64,000 nt of DNA from Promethearchaeota archaeon (lineage in GTDB: Archaea; Asgardarchaeota; Lokiarchaeia; Sigyniarchaeales; SOKP01), in NCBI GenBank assembly GCA_019894975.1, contig JAGXNO010000004.1, positions 1-64,000 of the forward strand, given 5' to 3'. Each line of letters begins with the position of its first letter. Position 1 is the stretch's first letter. Made by a program: the position numbers and the translations under genes. Under the pieces are notes generated by a model. It saw only the letters and a list, made by a program, of their open reading frames with translations. It had not been told where the DNA came from and made no database searches. Of this stretch, positions 30,310-40,112 are shown piece by piece.

Positions 30310-31422
30310 TTATGTATGAGATAGCAACTCAATCAGCGCTCTTGGTATTTCTTTATAGTCATTTACAGCATAAAATTTACCCCTACCTGCCTTTGCTATT
30401 TCTTGGCATACTCTGATACCTTGCATCGCATCATTTTCTGCTGGCATCCCTATGACATGTAATTTAGGATATTTCTTTGCAATTTCAACTGGATCACCAC
30501 CTCTATTAAAATTCCCATCAGAAATTAGAATTCCAAAGCGACTCTTCCTATTCTCTCTTGTCTTATCCAATTCTTTTAATCCTTTTTCTAATCCCATTTG
30601 AATATTTGTAAAACCAACAGCTTCTGAATCTAAAATATCATCAATAATTTTTATTACTTGCTTCTTCTGATTAATTTTTTTTAAAACCATTGCAGTTGAA
30701 TTGAATAATACTATTGCATAATCCTCCTTTTCTAAATTATAAGCTAACACTGAGCTTGTAAGGGCAGCATTTAACAACAGACGACCATACATACTACCAC
30801 TAGTATCTAAAATTAATACAACTTTACGCTTTTGGCGTTTTCTTACCACACCAAAAATATCTTTATAACTCAAATTTTTTTCGTGTATTTTTAAAGGATT
30901 ATGTTGGATTGTCTCATCTAAACTAAATTCAGACATACCCATCTTGTAAAAAGGAACAGACCTCATGTATTGTCCTCTTATTCCTTTACTCGATATTTTT
31001 AATGACAACTTTAAAATACTTTGGCGAGCTAAACGTCTAAAAATGAATTTATATTTTTCTGAGATAGGACGTCTAATGAAAAAGTAAATTTCTGGCATAA
31101 AATCTCCAGATTCTCTTGCTTTTTCCGCGAAAAATTCAACACCCTCTTCCGTGTCTAACATATCTGTAGCTGCATAGACGTTTGCTTTGAGTAAACCTAT
31201 TATGGCTTCGAGATTTTTGTGTTGTATCGCTAAATAAGTCATATTTTTAATGGTTTGATAATCGAGAGTATTAGAAAGATGTCTATAATAATCTGGTTTC
31301 TTTCTTTTCTTCCGAATTATTTCATACTCTAGAATCTCTTTATCAGGGCGACTTTCAGTAAGTCTTACATGCAGCCTTTTCTCAATCTCATCGGATTCTT
31401 CCTCTGAGAAATCATCGATTAT
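30310..31422 (-). CDS. vWA-domain protein (MoxR/CoxE-like partner)
   Basis: MIDAS DTSGS, T and SDG; LDETI motif; frame extends 60 codons upstream of the first ATG (31242) to an ATA overlapping the MoxR stop. Confidence 0.85.
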   Translation of the reverse strand: MIDDFSEEESDEIEKRLHVRLTESRPDKEILEYEIIRKKRKKPDYYRHLSNTLDYQTIKNMTYLAIQHKNLEAIIGLLKANVYAATDMLDTEEGVEFFAEKARESGDFMPEIYFFIRRPISEKYKFIFRRLARQSILKLSLKISSKGIRGQYMRSVPFYKMGMSEFSLDETIQHNPLKIHEKNLSYKDIFGVVRKRQKRKVVLILDTSGSMYGRLLLNAALTSSVLAYNLEKEDYAIVLFNSTAMVLKKINQKKQVIKIIDDILDSEAVGFTNIQMGLEKGLKELDKTRENRKSRFGILISDGNFNRGGDPVEIAKKYPKLHVIGMPAENDAMQGIRVCQEIAKAGRGKFYAVNDYKEIPRALIELLSHT

Positions 31423-32309
31423 TGAAAATCTGATTGATTTAAAACCGCTAGTGTAATATTTGTAATAACTTCCTTTTTGGACTGGGTTAATCCATCCTCA
31501 AGTTCAATCTTATTATACAGAGACATAACGGCAGCTTCAACCCAGTTACTTGTACTACTATTATTTTCATATTGATTTATCAAAGTCGCCATATCTATTG
31601 CTCCTCTAATAGAACTACCTCTATGTATTGCTGTATTGTGTCTAGTTGCGTGAATAATTTTTTGAGATAATGATGCTATTTTGTCGGCACTAAACGTTGT
31701 AGTATGATCTAAATCCGCTTCTTGCTTGATAATTAGAATTTCTTCTTCTGGTTGTTGATACGTAAGATTTATCCATATAAATCTATCCACTAATGCTTCT
31801 CCTAATACTGTAACTCCAACATGTGCTTCGGGATTTTGAGTAGCAACTACAAAAAAGTCTTTATGGGCTTTAATGGTTTTTAATTTTGGGATTTCTAATA
31901 GCCCTTCATCTAATGAAGTTAGCAAGGAGTTCTGTGTATTTTCTGGCATTCGATTTATTTCATTTATAAATAAACACCCTCCATTTAGCATGGCTAAAGC
32001 TAATGGTCCATATTTATAAGAATCTTCAGTGTATCCCTGAGCAATTACAAGAGGAGGTTCAAAATATCCTACAAGGTTATGGGGTAACAATTCTTCACTA
32101 CAGTCGACTCTATAAAAATTTGAATTATTAGAACCGTAATACTCAGCAATAGCTCGAGCTAATGTAGTTTTACCCACACCAACATTCCCTTCTAATAAAA
32201 TATTACGTCCTACTGAATGAGCTAATACAATTTGTTTTAACTCTTCTGATCTGCCAATGATTTTAAATTTATCTTGTATTTCTGTTACAATTCTGGTCGT
32301 CTCAACCAT
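31419..32309 (-). CDS. MoxR/CbbQ-family AAA+ ATPase
   Basis: Walker A GNVGVGKT, Walker B variant FINEINR, ATQNP and ALVDRF motifs. Confidence 0.92.
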   Translation of the reverse strand: MVETTRIVTEIQDKFKIIGRSEELKQIVLAHSVGRNILLEGNVGVGKTTLARAIAEYYGSNNSNFYRVDCSEELLPHNLVGYFEPPLVIAQGYTEDSYKYGPLALAMLNGGCLFINEINRMPENTQNSLLTSLDEGLLEIPKLKTIKAHKDFFVVATQNPEAHVGVTVLGEALVDRFIWINLTYQQPEEEILIIKQEADLDHTTTFSADKIASLSQKIIHATRHNTAIHRGSSIRGAIDMATLINQYENNSSTSNWVEAAVMSLYNKIELEDGLTQSKKEVITNITLAVLNQSDFQ

Positions 32310-32420
32310 GATTTTATTAATTATTTATTTCTATAATAGTTTTAGTTTATACAAGATAGTAGCATAAAATAAAAAAGAAGGTATCTTATTATATAATAGA
32401 ATAGATTAGCTTATGTAATC

Positions 32421-33368
32421 TTATCTGGGATAAAGATTTATCTCGTCTGTTTTTTCAAAAGAAGATTTAGGTAATTCTATTATAGGTATTGAATTCTTTT
32501 TCCAAAGTTTCCAAGATATAAATCCTATAAGAATTAATAGTGACGGATATATAATAATTTCCAATAAAGCAGGATTAGCATTATAGCCAAAAAGTGCCTT
32601 TAACAATGATCCAATTATTTCAAGCCATACAGGAGTTGATGGATTTCCATCAGGAAATGATTCTGGTAAAATATGTTTTATGTTCCAAACCTCATTGATT
32701 ATGGGATTAATAACACCCGCTTCTATAAATTCATGGATACCATAAGTAATCAACCCTGCAGCAAATAATATAAGCATCATATTTGTTACTTTAAAGAATT
32801 TTGACAAATTAACTGTTCTTATTCCATAAAAGGTTAAAATACCAATAAGGACTGATATTGTTATACCTATAATAGAACCAAATATGCTTACAAATGGGTC
32901 GATTGATCCAATTGATGTTGCTCCCGTTAACAATAGTACTAACTCAATACCTTCTCTTATGATAATAATGTATGTTAAAATTGAAATAGAAAATACTTTT
33001 TGGCGATTTATTGATTGTTCTATTTTATCCTCTAAACTTTCCCGCATTTTTGGACCTTCTTTACTTACCCATAATACAAGAGTTACAATAAACAAACCAG
33101 ATATAATAAATGTAAATCCCTCGAAAATTTTTTCTAAAAGTCCTGAAAAACCCCCATAAATACTAGAAAAAACAATTGCAAAGAGAATACTTGAAAATAT
33201 TGCTAACACCGAGCCTAAATATATATATCTATTGTATTGTTTTTGATTTGTTTTTCTTAGATACAATAATAAGATTACAACTACTAATGTTGCTTCTAAT
33301 CCTTCTCTAAAAGCTAAAAACATAGGAGATATTAAATCAATATATGTAGCCATCATTATTATGCTCAA
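32421..33368 (-). CDS. FTR1/EfeU-family iron permease
   Basis: Two RExxE motifs (REGLE, REGIE) and GIHEFIEAG. Confidence 0.92.
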   Translation of the reverse strand: MSIIMMATYIDLISPMFLAFREGLEATLVVVILLLYLRKTNQKQYNRYIYLGSVLAIFSSILFAIVFSSIYGGFSGLLEKIFEGFTFIISGLFIVTLVLWVSKEGPKMRESLEDKIEQSINRQKVFSISILTYIIIIREGIELVLLLTGATSIGSIDPFVSIFGSIIGITISVLIGILTFYGIRTVNLSKFFKVTNMMLILFAAGLITYGIHEFIEAGVINPIINEVWNIKHILPESFPDGNPSTPVWLEIIGSLLKALFGYNANPALLEIIIYPSLLILIGFISWKLWKKNSIPIIELPKSSFEKTDEINLYPR

Positions 33369-33410
33369 ATATTTACTTTATTTGAATAATAATTTCAAGA
33401 AATTTAAAGA

Positions 33411-33428
33411 TTTTAGTTATGTCTAATA
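33411..33428. promoter_or_regulatory. Possible DtxR/MntR-family metal operator upstream of the iron permease
   Basis: TTTTAG-TTATGT-CTAATA imperfect palindrome (TTTAG-N6-CTAAW) ~45 bp upstream of the start. Confidence 0.35.
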
Positions 33429-33596
33429 AGAATGAATTAAATTTTTATTTTGAAAAAGAAGTGATTTAATGTTTTTAAAAAGTAATTATAAAAAAATAAG
33501 CTATTTCAACAATTTTAGCATATTAAGAACTTATTTTGTAAATAGTTTCACTTTAATTTGATATTATTTTTTCAAACCTTCTTATGTCCGCAAACA

Positions 33597-34151
33597 TCAC
33601 TTTTCTTTATTGATTAAATACTGAATATGCCCTAATTCGGGAATAATTATATTTTTTAATGCCACAATTATAGCATTTGCGGACTGTGGTAACAAAAATA
33701 TAGCTTTACTTTTTTTCTTACTGTAAAGAATACCTGCAGTTGCTCTCGATAACATAGTCGAAGATCCAATTTCATTGAAAGACAGAGATCTAAACAATTC
33801 TCCAAATCCATCAAATTTTTTATATAAACGTGGTTCTAAGGTCTCATATGTGATATCATTGACCGCTAATCCCGTACCACCACTAAATATTATAGAATCA
33901 ATCATCTTTTTTTTCATAACTCTTATTAAAACTTCATTAATGTAATCTTCTGAATCTGGAATAATTTCTGTGTAAACTAATGAAATTGACAGATCTTTCT
34001 TTAGGAATTGTTTTACTTCTGGAATTATTTTATCAGAACTTTTTTTTTTTGATATAATCTCATTAAATTTCCTAGTATTTACTACTATTAATGCCAAATT
34101 CGTCTTTTTTAGTATTTCTAACTTATAATCTTCTGATACGGTTTCGGTCAA
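33597..34151 (-). CDS. moaB: MoaB/MogA paralog (divergent copy)
   Basis: GGTG, DITYE, GFGELFR and SRATAG motifs; PGS changed to PQS. Confidence 0.85.
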   Translation of the reverse strand: MTETVSEDYKLEILKKTNLALIVVNTRKFNEIISKKKSSDKIIPEVKQFLKKDLSISLVYTEIIPDSEDYINEVLIRVMKKKMIDSIIFSGGTGLAVNDITYETLEPRLYKKFDGFGELFRSLSFNEIGSSTMLSRATAGILYSKKKSKAIFLLPQSANAIIVALKNIIIPELGHIQYLINKEK

Positions 34152-34260
34152 ATTCTTCTCTCTCCGTTTTTTTATATATTTATATCGGCAGAGATTATAA
34201 TTTAGTGTATTATCCTCCAGATACAGGCATTAAAAAAACAATTATCAACGATTTTAGAAG

Positions 34261-35508
34261 TTATTGAGGAAAAAGTTTTACTTTAACTAAATCTCCTTTT
34301 TTCAAACCTTCTCGATAGGGAGGAATTTCAACTATTCCATCTGAAAACGTGAGTGAACTTATAACCCCAGATCCCTTCAATTTAACTGGTTTTGCGATCA
34401 ATTCATTCTGAGTTTTTTCAATAATTACTCTTAAATAGTGAAGATATCCAAGACTCGAAACAGGAACATCTTTACTAATCTTTGCTATAACTTCATGACG
34501 AGGATCAAGAATTAGGCAGCCTAGCATTTTTCTTATAACAATTCCTGTAATTTTTAAGAAAGATACATAAGCGGCTACGGGAGTACCTGGTAAGCAGAAT
34601 ATTAAAGTATTATTTAAAATCCCAATTAGAATAGGTGCCCCAGGTCTCTGAGCAACTCCATGTATCAAAACTATTCCTGACTCATGAACAATTTCGGGAA
34701 GAAAATCTTTAGTTCCAACAGAGGTGCCACCTGTAAAGATTATTATGTCAGAATCTTCTGTAGCTTCGATTAATTTATTTTTGATGATATCCTTATCATC
34801 TTTCACGGTTTCACCTTTAACCACTTCCCCCCCATACAATGTAACCAATGCAGATATCATTGGAGTGTTGGAATTATAAATTTTCCCAGGTTTTAGTTTG
34901 GTTCCTGGTTCAATTAGTTCATCTCCAGATGAAAAAATACTTACTCTTGGTTTAGCTCGTACCTTTACCTTATCTAATCCTAAGGATGTTAGCAATGCAA
35001 TTTGCTCAGCATTTAACTCAACACCCTCGGTTAAAACTTGAGTTCCTTTTTTAATATCTTCTCCTTTCTTTGAAACATTTTTACCGGGAGGAAGAGATAT
35101 GTAAAGGCTTATTACATCATTTTCTATCTCTGTATCTTCAATTTTAATCACAGTATCTGCTCCTTTTGGGATGGGTGCTCCTGTAGAAATTCTTATCCCT
35201 TCACCGTTATTTAGATTAAGGTTTGAAAATTCACCAATTTCGATCTTACCACTTAGTTGGATTTTTTTTGGATTAGAAAGAGACGCATTAAATGAATCTT
35301 CAGCTTTAATAGCATAACCATCCATAGCTGATCGATCAAAAGGAGGAATATCTAGTTCACTTGTTATATTTGTAGCTAAAAATCGATTTAATACAGTGTT
35401 GACTTCGATTTCTTCAATGGGATTTATCTTTATATATGAAAAAACTAGTTCTAAAGTGTCTTCTAATGAAGTTAAATTAGCAAATCCTACTTTTCGAAGC
35501 TTTTCCAA
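34261..35508 (-). CDS. moeA: Molybdopterin metal insertase MoeA
   Basis: PPFDRSAMDGYA, TGAPIP, SGDEL, GGTS.G..D and LPGTP motifs. Confidence 0.95.
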   Translation of the reverse strand: MEKLRKVGFANLTSLEDTLELVFSYIKINPIEEIEVNTVLNRFLATNITSELDIPPFDRSAMDGYAIKAEDSFNASLSNPKKIQLSGKIEIGEFSNLNLNNGEGIRISTGAPIPKGADTVIKIEDTEIENDVISLYISLPPGKNVSKKGEDIKKGTQVLTEGVELNAEQIALLTSLGLDKVKVRAKPRVSIFSSGDELIEPGTKLKPGKIYNSNTPMISALVTLYGGEVVKGETVKDDKDIIKNKLIEATEDSDIIIFTGGTSVGTKDFLPEIVHESGIVLIHGVAQRPGAPILIGILNNTLIFCLPGTPVAAYVSFLKITGIVIRKMLGCLILDPRHEVIAKISKDVPVSSLGYLHYLRVIIEKTQNELIAKPVKLKGSGVISSLTFSDGIVEIPPYREGLKKGDLVKVKLFPQ

Positions 35509-35514
35509 TAATTT

Positions 35515-36063
35515 TCACTCTTCCTTATTGATTAAATATTGAATATGACCTAATTCTGGAATAATGATACTTTTTAGAGCTAAAATTACCGCATTTGGCG
35601 AACCAGGTAATAAAAAGACGGTCTTATTTTTACTTTCACCGCTAAGAATACCCGCTGTTGCTCTAGATAACATAGCGGCGCTCCCAATTTCATTAAAAGA
35701 GAGATATCTAAATAATTCTCCAAAACCATCAAACTTTTTTTTTAGACTTGGTTCTAAGGTCTCGTATGTAATATCCTTAGGAGATAATCCTGTACCCCCA
35801 CTAAAAATTATAGAATCAATATTCTCATCTTTTATAACTCTAGTTAAAACTTCGTTTATATGTTCTTCTGAATCTGGAATAATTTCAGTGTAGATTAAAG
35901 CTATGGTTGGATCTTTTTTTAGTAAGAGCTTCACTTTTGAAATTGTTTTATCTGAACTCTTTTTCTCCGATATTATCTCATTGAACCTACTCGTACTTAC
36001 AACGATCAGGGCTATATTTATCTTTTTTGGAGCTTGTTGTTTATGTTCTTCATGAACTTTCAT
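35515..36063 (-). CDS. moaB: Molybdopterin adenylyltransferase MoaB
   Basis: GGTGLSPKDIT, GFGELFR, SRATAG and LPGSP motifs. Confidence 0.92.
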   Translation of the reverse strand: MKVHEEHKQQAPKKINIALIVVSTSRFNEIISEKKSSDKTISKVKLLLKKDPTIALIYTEIIPDSEEHINEVLTRVIKDENIDSIIFSGGTGLSPKDITYETLEPSLKKKFDGFGELFRYLSFNEIGSAAMLSRATAGILSGESKNKTVFLLPGSPNAVILALKSIIIPELGHIQYLINKEE

Positions 36064-36094
36064 TAATTTTCACATCCTATTTGATCCAATCTTT

Positions 36095-37324
36095 TTATTG
36101 GAAAAAATAAATCCTCCTTTTATCTCCTCTTTCTATGATCGATTCTAATTCCCCAATCTCAACATATCCATCTGCATAGAACATAGTACTTATTGCTTCT
36201 GAGCCAGTTTTAACTGGAAAAATCATCTGTTCCCCATCCTTTTCTTGAATTTTTACTGCCTTAAATTCATTTCGACCTACAGTACTATAAATTCTCTCCC
36301 CTACTGTCATAACCTTTGAAAATTTATCTTTTAAGGGAAATCCTGACATTTTTCTTAAAAAATTTTCTATAAATACATAGAAGCAACTTAATGCTGATGT
36401 TGGATAACCAGGTAAAATAAATATTAACTTTTCTTTTATCTTAGCAAAAATTATAGGCTTCCCTGGTTTGATTTTGACACCATGAATTAAAATCTCGATA
36501 TCTTCATATTCCTCAAGGACTTGGGGCCCTAAATCCCCTTCTCCTTTTGATGTACCCCCCGATACAATTATTATATCACTATTTTCTAAAGCCTTATTTA
36601 CAACTGATTTTAATTCTTCATAATTATCTTTTACTATACCTAAAAATTTGACATCTACACCCGTGTTTTCAATCGCTTTTTTTAACACTACTGAATTTAC
36701 ATCATAAATTTTACCAATTTCAAGATTTTTAATATCATGGGTTACAAGTTCATTTCCTGTGCTTAGAAGGGAAACTTTCGGACGTTTAAATACCCAAATA
36801 TTACTTATCCCTGAAGAAGCAAGGATACCAATTGTTGCCAAATTGATTAGTGTCCCTTCTTTAATAATGGTGTCATCCTTTTTTATATCGTGACCAATAT
36901 TGACTACATGGGTTCCTGGGGTTAGTGCCTTTGAAATTGAAATAGTATTTCCATCACTCTCAGTAAATTCCACCATAATAACAGCATTCGCATTTTCAGG
37001 TATTGCGGCTCCAGTAGCTACATATGAACACTGGCCTTTATTTATTTTTTTTTTAGGAATATCCCCAGCTCTAATAGTTTCTATTAACTCTAGTTTAATG
37101 AAATTGTCCTCTTCAGCTCCAAATGTATCTTCAGCAATTACCGCGAATCCATCCATCCGTGATTTTCGGAAATGGGGGACATCAATCTTGCTTTTAATAT
37201 TGCGGGAAATAATTCGATTATAACATTCATGGATATTAATTAATTCTTCCTCATTTTTCAAACTTGAAATAGAATCAAGTATTTCTTTAAATTCTTCTAC
37301 TTTAATAGTTCTTAGAAATTTCAT
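36095..37324 (-). CDS. moeA: Molybdopterin metal insertase MoeA (second paralog)
   Basis: SRMDGFA, TGAAIP, STGNEL, GGTSKG, KPGKP and LPGYP motifs. Confidence 0.95.
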   Translation of the reverse strand: MKFLRTIKVEEFKEILDSISSLKNEEELINIHECYNRIISRNIKSKIDVPHFRKSRMDGFAVIAEDTFGAEEDNFIKLELIETIRAGDIPKKKINKGQCSYVATGAAIPENANAVIMVEFTESDGNTISISKALTPGTHVVNIGHDIKKDDTIIKEGTLINLATIGILASSGISNIWVFKRPKVSLLSTGNELVTHDIKNLEIGKIYDVNSVVLKKAIENTGVDVKFLGIVKDNYEELKSVVNKALENSDIIIVSGGTSKGEGDLGPQVLEEYEDIEILIHGVKIKPGKPIIFAKIKEKLIFILPGYPTSALSCFYVFIENFLRKMSGFPLKDKFSKVMTVGERIYSTVGRNEFKAVKIQEKDGEQMIFPVKTGSEAISTMFYADGYVEIGELESIIERGDKRRIYFFQ

Positions 37325-37357
37325 GATATAGCCAAATTATAATTAATTTAAAGCTTT

Positions 37358-37813
37358 TTAATGAACCCATTCAGATGATCCATCACTAAAATCCTCTCTC
37401 TTCCAAACAGCTATTTCCTTTTTATACATGTCGACTGCACTCCTAATCGCTTCAAATCCCTCCTCTCTATGCGCTGAAACTATAACAACGTATACCAAAT
37501 CTTCAGTTAATTCAAATTCCCCTTTTAGATGAATAATCCTAGCATCAATAATTCCTTTTTTTTGCTTTAGTTTATTACAAATCTTAGAAATACTCTCATT
37601 TGCCAACTCATCATACGCGTCAATCTTCATCTTTACAACAGGTTTGCCCTCTTTAGATGTGTTTCTCACAATCCCCGTAAAGGTATGAATTGATCCGGCT
37701 TCTATTATATTAGAATTTTCTTTTACAACTTTAATAATACTCTCCAGATCAATCTCTCCCTTAGAATAAATTCCCGATTTAATACTCTTAGATTTATCAA
37801 TACCTTGCATCAT
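37358..37813 (-). CDS. moaE: Molybdopterin synthase large subunit
   Basis: FTGIVR, SAHREEGF and WKRE......WV motifs. Confidence 0.93.
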   Translation of the reverse strand: MMQGIDKSKSIKSGIYSKGEIDLESIIKVVKENSNIIEAGSIHTFTGIVRNTSKEGKPVVKMKIDAYDELANESISKICNKLKQKKGIIDARIIHLKGEFELTEDLVYVVIVSAHREEGFEAIRSAVDMYKKEIAVWKREDFSDGSSEWVH

Positions 37814-37816
37814 GTA

Positions 37817-38101
37817 TCATCCTCCGGACACTGGCATTAAAAAAGCAATTGTGTCTCCATCATTTAATTTAACTATTGACGGATTTTTTTCATGGATCGC
37901 CTGATTATTTATTATTGTTGAAATTAAACTATGTATTTTTTGAGCATCTTCGTCCCAAATTAAATTCTGAATCTTTTTTCCATATTTTTCAATTAATAAA
38001 TCAATTAAATCCTTCAGATGGTCTTTTGAAAATTCAAATTTCTCTTTTTCTTTCTCGGTAATGTCTTTAAATTCTGCAAAATATAAAACTTCAACAATCA
38101 T
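37817..38101 (-). CDS. moaD: Molybdopterin synthase sulfur carrier (MoaD/SAMP1)
   Basis: V.YFA...DGDTIAFLMPVSGG; likely ATG at 38101 (the ORF track starts at 38131). Confidence 0.93.
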   Translation of the reverse strand: MIVEVLYFAEFKDITEKEKEKFEFSKDHLKDLIDLLIEKYGKKIQNLIWDEDAQKIHSLISTIINNQAIHEKNPSIVKLNDGDTIAFLMPVSGG

Positions 38102-38127
38102 TTTTCTCAATAATTTAAGGGGAATTC

Positions 38128-39045
38128 TCAATAAAATGGTTCTCTGGAATCTACTACTTGTTTAACTATTTGTTCATATTTTGATAGGGATTGATGATTT
38201 CGGAGAGCTTCTTTAATATTTTTCCCAAGATCAGATCGATACAGACATCCAAATAAATTCCCATCGCACCCAACTCTTAATTTTGTACAACCCATGCAAA
38301 ATTCATGACTAGGAGTAATTGTCTCAACTACCGCGGAATTTGGTAGGATAAACACTTTTCGATTTTGCATTGATCCTCTTATAATTGTTTTGGTTGCTCT
38401 TGATTCAAGATCCTTAATAATTGGGCTCAAATCTAAATGATGTTTGGCATAGAAATCCCCGTTTCCACCTAAGACATCCGAAACTTCATGTAATTCGATT
38501 AATTGCAAAATAAAACCATTTTTTGCACAGAAATTTAAAATATCTTCGAATTCAGTATCATTTAAACCCTTCATAAGCACATAATTTAATTTAATTGGAT
38601 CAAGTCCAACCGTTTTAGCTTTTTCTAAACCTTCTAAAACTTGGTCAAGAGTATCTACACCATATATTTTCCTATAAACTTTAGGTTTAAGTGATCCTAA
38701 AGAAACATTAATTCGATTTAAACCAGCTTTATACAATTCTTCAGCTTTTTCAGATAAAAGTAATCCATTTGTTGTTAAGGAGATATCTTTATAAAGGTTC
38801 AACTCTGAAACATTTTTTATTATTTCTACGATTTCTTCTCGGCATAAGGGTTCCCCTCCAGTGAATTTAATCTTAGTGACATCTAGTATTTCTGCTAATA
38901 TCTTGCATAATTTTGTAATCTCTTCAACACTAAGCTCATTTGTTTTGCTATATCCTTCACTATCACAATAGAGGCACGAGTATTGACATTTTGAAGTTAT
39001 TGAAAACCTAATATGCTTTATCTTTCTATTGAAGTTATCTTTCAT
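38128..39045 (-). CDS. moaA: GTP 3',8-cyclase (radical SAM)
   Basis: CQYSCLYC, TGGEP, TTNG and FCMGCTKLR...GCL; archaeal-type C-terminus REPFY. Confidence 0.95.
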   Translation of the reverse strand: MKDNFNRKIKHIRFSITSKCQYSCLYCDSEGYSKTNELSVEEITKLCKILAEILDVTKIKFTGGEPLCREEIVEIIKNVSELNLYKDISLTTNGLLLSEKAEELYKAGLNRINVSLGSLKPKVYRKIYGVDTLDQVLEGLEKAKTVGLDPIKLNYVLMKGLNDTEFEDILNFCAKNGFILQLIELHEVSDVLGGNGDFYAKHHLDLSPIIKDLESRATKTIIRGSMQNRKVFILPNSAVVETITPSHEFCMGCTKLRVGCDGNLFGCLYRSDLGKNIKEALRNHQSLSKYEQIVKQVVDSREPFY

Positions 39046-39056
39046 ATGATTATACT

Positions 39057-39485
39057 TTATTCTTTTACTTTACTCTCAACTTTTATATCGAAGATTTCTG
39101 TAGAGGGGTATTGACCACCTTCATCCTTTTCATACATCTTTACTACATCCCAAATATTTAATAAAGCAATCCCCACCCCTGTTAAGGCCTCCATCTCAAC
39201 ACCTGTCTTAGAGAAACTTTTAACTTTGCAGGAAACCTTTATAATCGTGTCATTTTCAATTTCAAAGTCTATATCAATATTCTCAATTGGAATCGGATGA
39301 CAAAATGGAATTAAATTAGGGACAATTTTAACGGCATTAAAAGCAGCCACTTTAGCTATAGTAAAAACATCTCCCTTCTTAACCTGATTATTCTTCACTC
39401 TTTCAAGGGTACTTTTCCTTAGTTTTATTCTTCCAGAGGCGGTTGCAATCCTTGTAATTGTCTCTTTACCAGATATATCAATCAT
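39057..39485 (-). CDS. moaC: Cyclic pyranopterin monophosphate synthase
   Basis: MIDIS.K, KKGDV, LIPFCHP, TGVEMEAL and WDVVK motifs. Confidence 0.95.
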   Translation of the reverse strand: MIDISGKETITRIATASGRIKLRKSTLERVKNNQVKKGDVFTIAKVAAFNAVKIVPNLIPFCHPIPIENIDIDFEIENDTIIKVSCKVKSFSKTGVEMEALTGVGIALLNIWDVVKMYEKDEGGQYPSTEIFDIKVESKVKE

Positions 39486-39536
39486 TATGGGTATACTATT
39501 ATTATTGTCATTTAGGTAAGTTTAGGGTAGTTTTTA

Positions 39537-39564
39537 AGCGTTATGAATTAAAGAATACAACGAA
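39537..39564. promoter_or_regulatory. ModE-like operator upstream of moaC
   Basis: AG-CGTTAT-N12-ACAACG-AA, with the same spacing as the site upstream of tupA. Confidence 0.65.
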
Positions 39565-39740
39565 AACTTAAAGAGCTTAATAGTCCAAATTATTAATTTT
39601 TTAATTTGATTAATAATTCACAATAGTTTTTATATCTATGAAAAGAGAATCTAAATCTATTAAGAATTTGTGATAATAAACCTCGATTAAATCTCACTTT
39701 TTTCAATCTATAAGCCATTATTTGCTACTAATGAAATAAA

Positions 39741-39762
39741 AGTCTAAGACTAGTCTAAGACT
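39741..39762. repeat. Tandem duplication of an 11 bp palindrome
   Basis: (AGTCT-A-AGACT) x2, perfect. Confidence 0.75.
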
Positions 39763-39849
39763 CCAGTTAAAGTTTGCGTTATTAAACTATATATTAAACC
39801 TTAACAGTAATATAATTATAACAAAACAAAATAAAACGTGATAAAAAAA

Positions 39850-40047
39850 ATGACCCAAGTTTATGAAAAAGTAATGGAAGTTCCTGAAGTTGAAAAAATT
39901 AAAGTTGAAATTTCTGAAGAAAGTAAAATGGATGAATTACTTGGAGATTTGAATCCAAGATATTTTGAGGAAGTGATGGCTCCTGAAAATGCTCTTGATA
40001 AAGCTCATGCTGCAAGAATTTCCAATAATCTAATTAGACCTTTTTAG
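39850..40047 (+). CDS. Small acidic hypothetical protein
   Basis: 65 aa from ATG 39850 (GTG 39838 in the ORF track); followed by a T-tract. Confidence 0.65.
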   Translation: MTQVYEKVMEVPEVEKIKVEISEESKMDELLGDLNPRYFEEVMAPENALDKAHAARISNNLIRPF

Positions 40048-40112
40048 AAGGATTAAAAGTTTTTTTTGTAGTTTTCTCTTATACTTTTATTTCTAATTGT
40101 TACAATTTATCC

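Noticed and set aside
38102-38131. N-terminal extension of MoaD from the ATGA overlap with moaA
   Set aside because: MoaD homology starts at MIVEVLYFA (ATG 38101); the extension is possible but unnecessary
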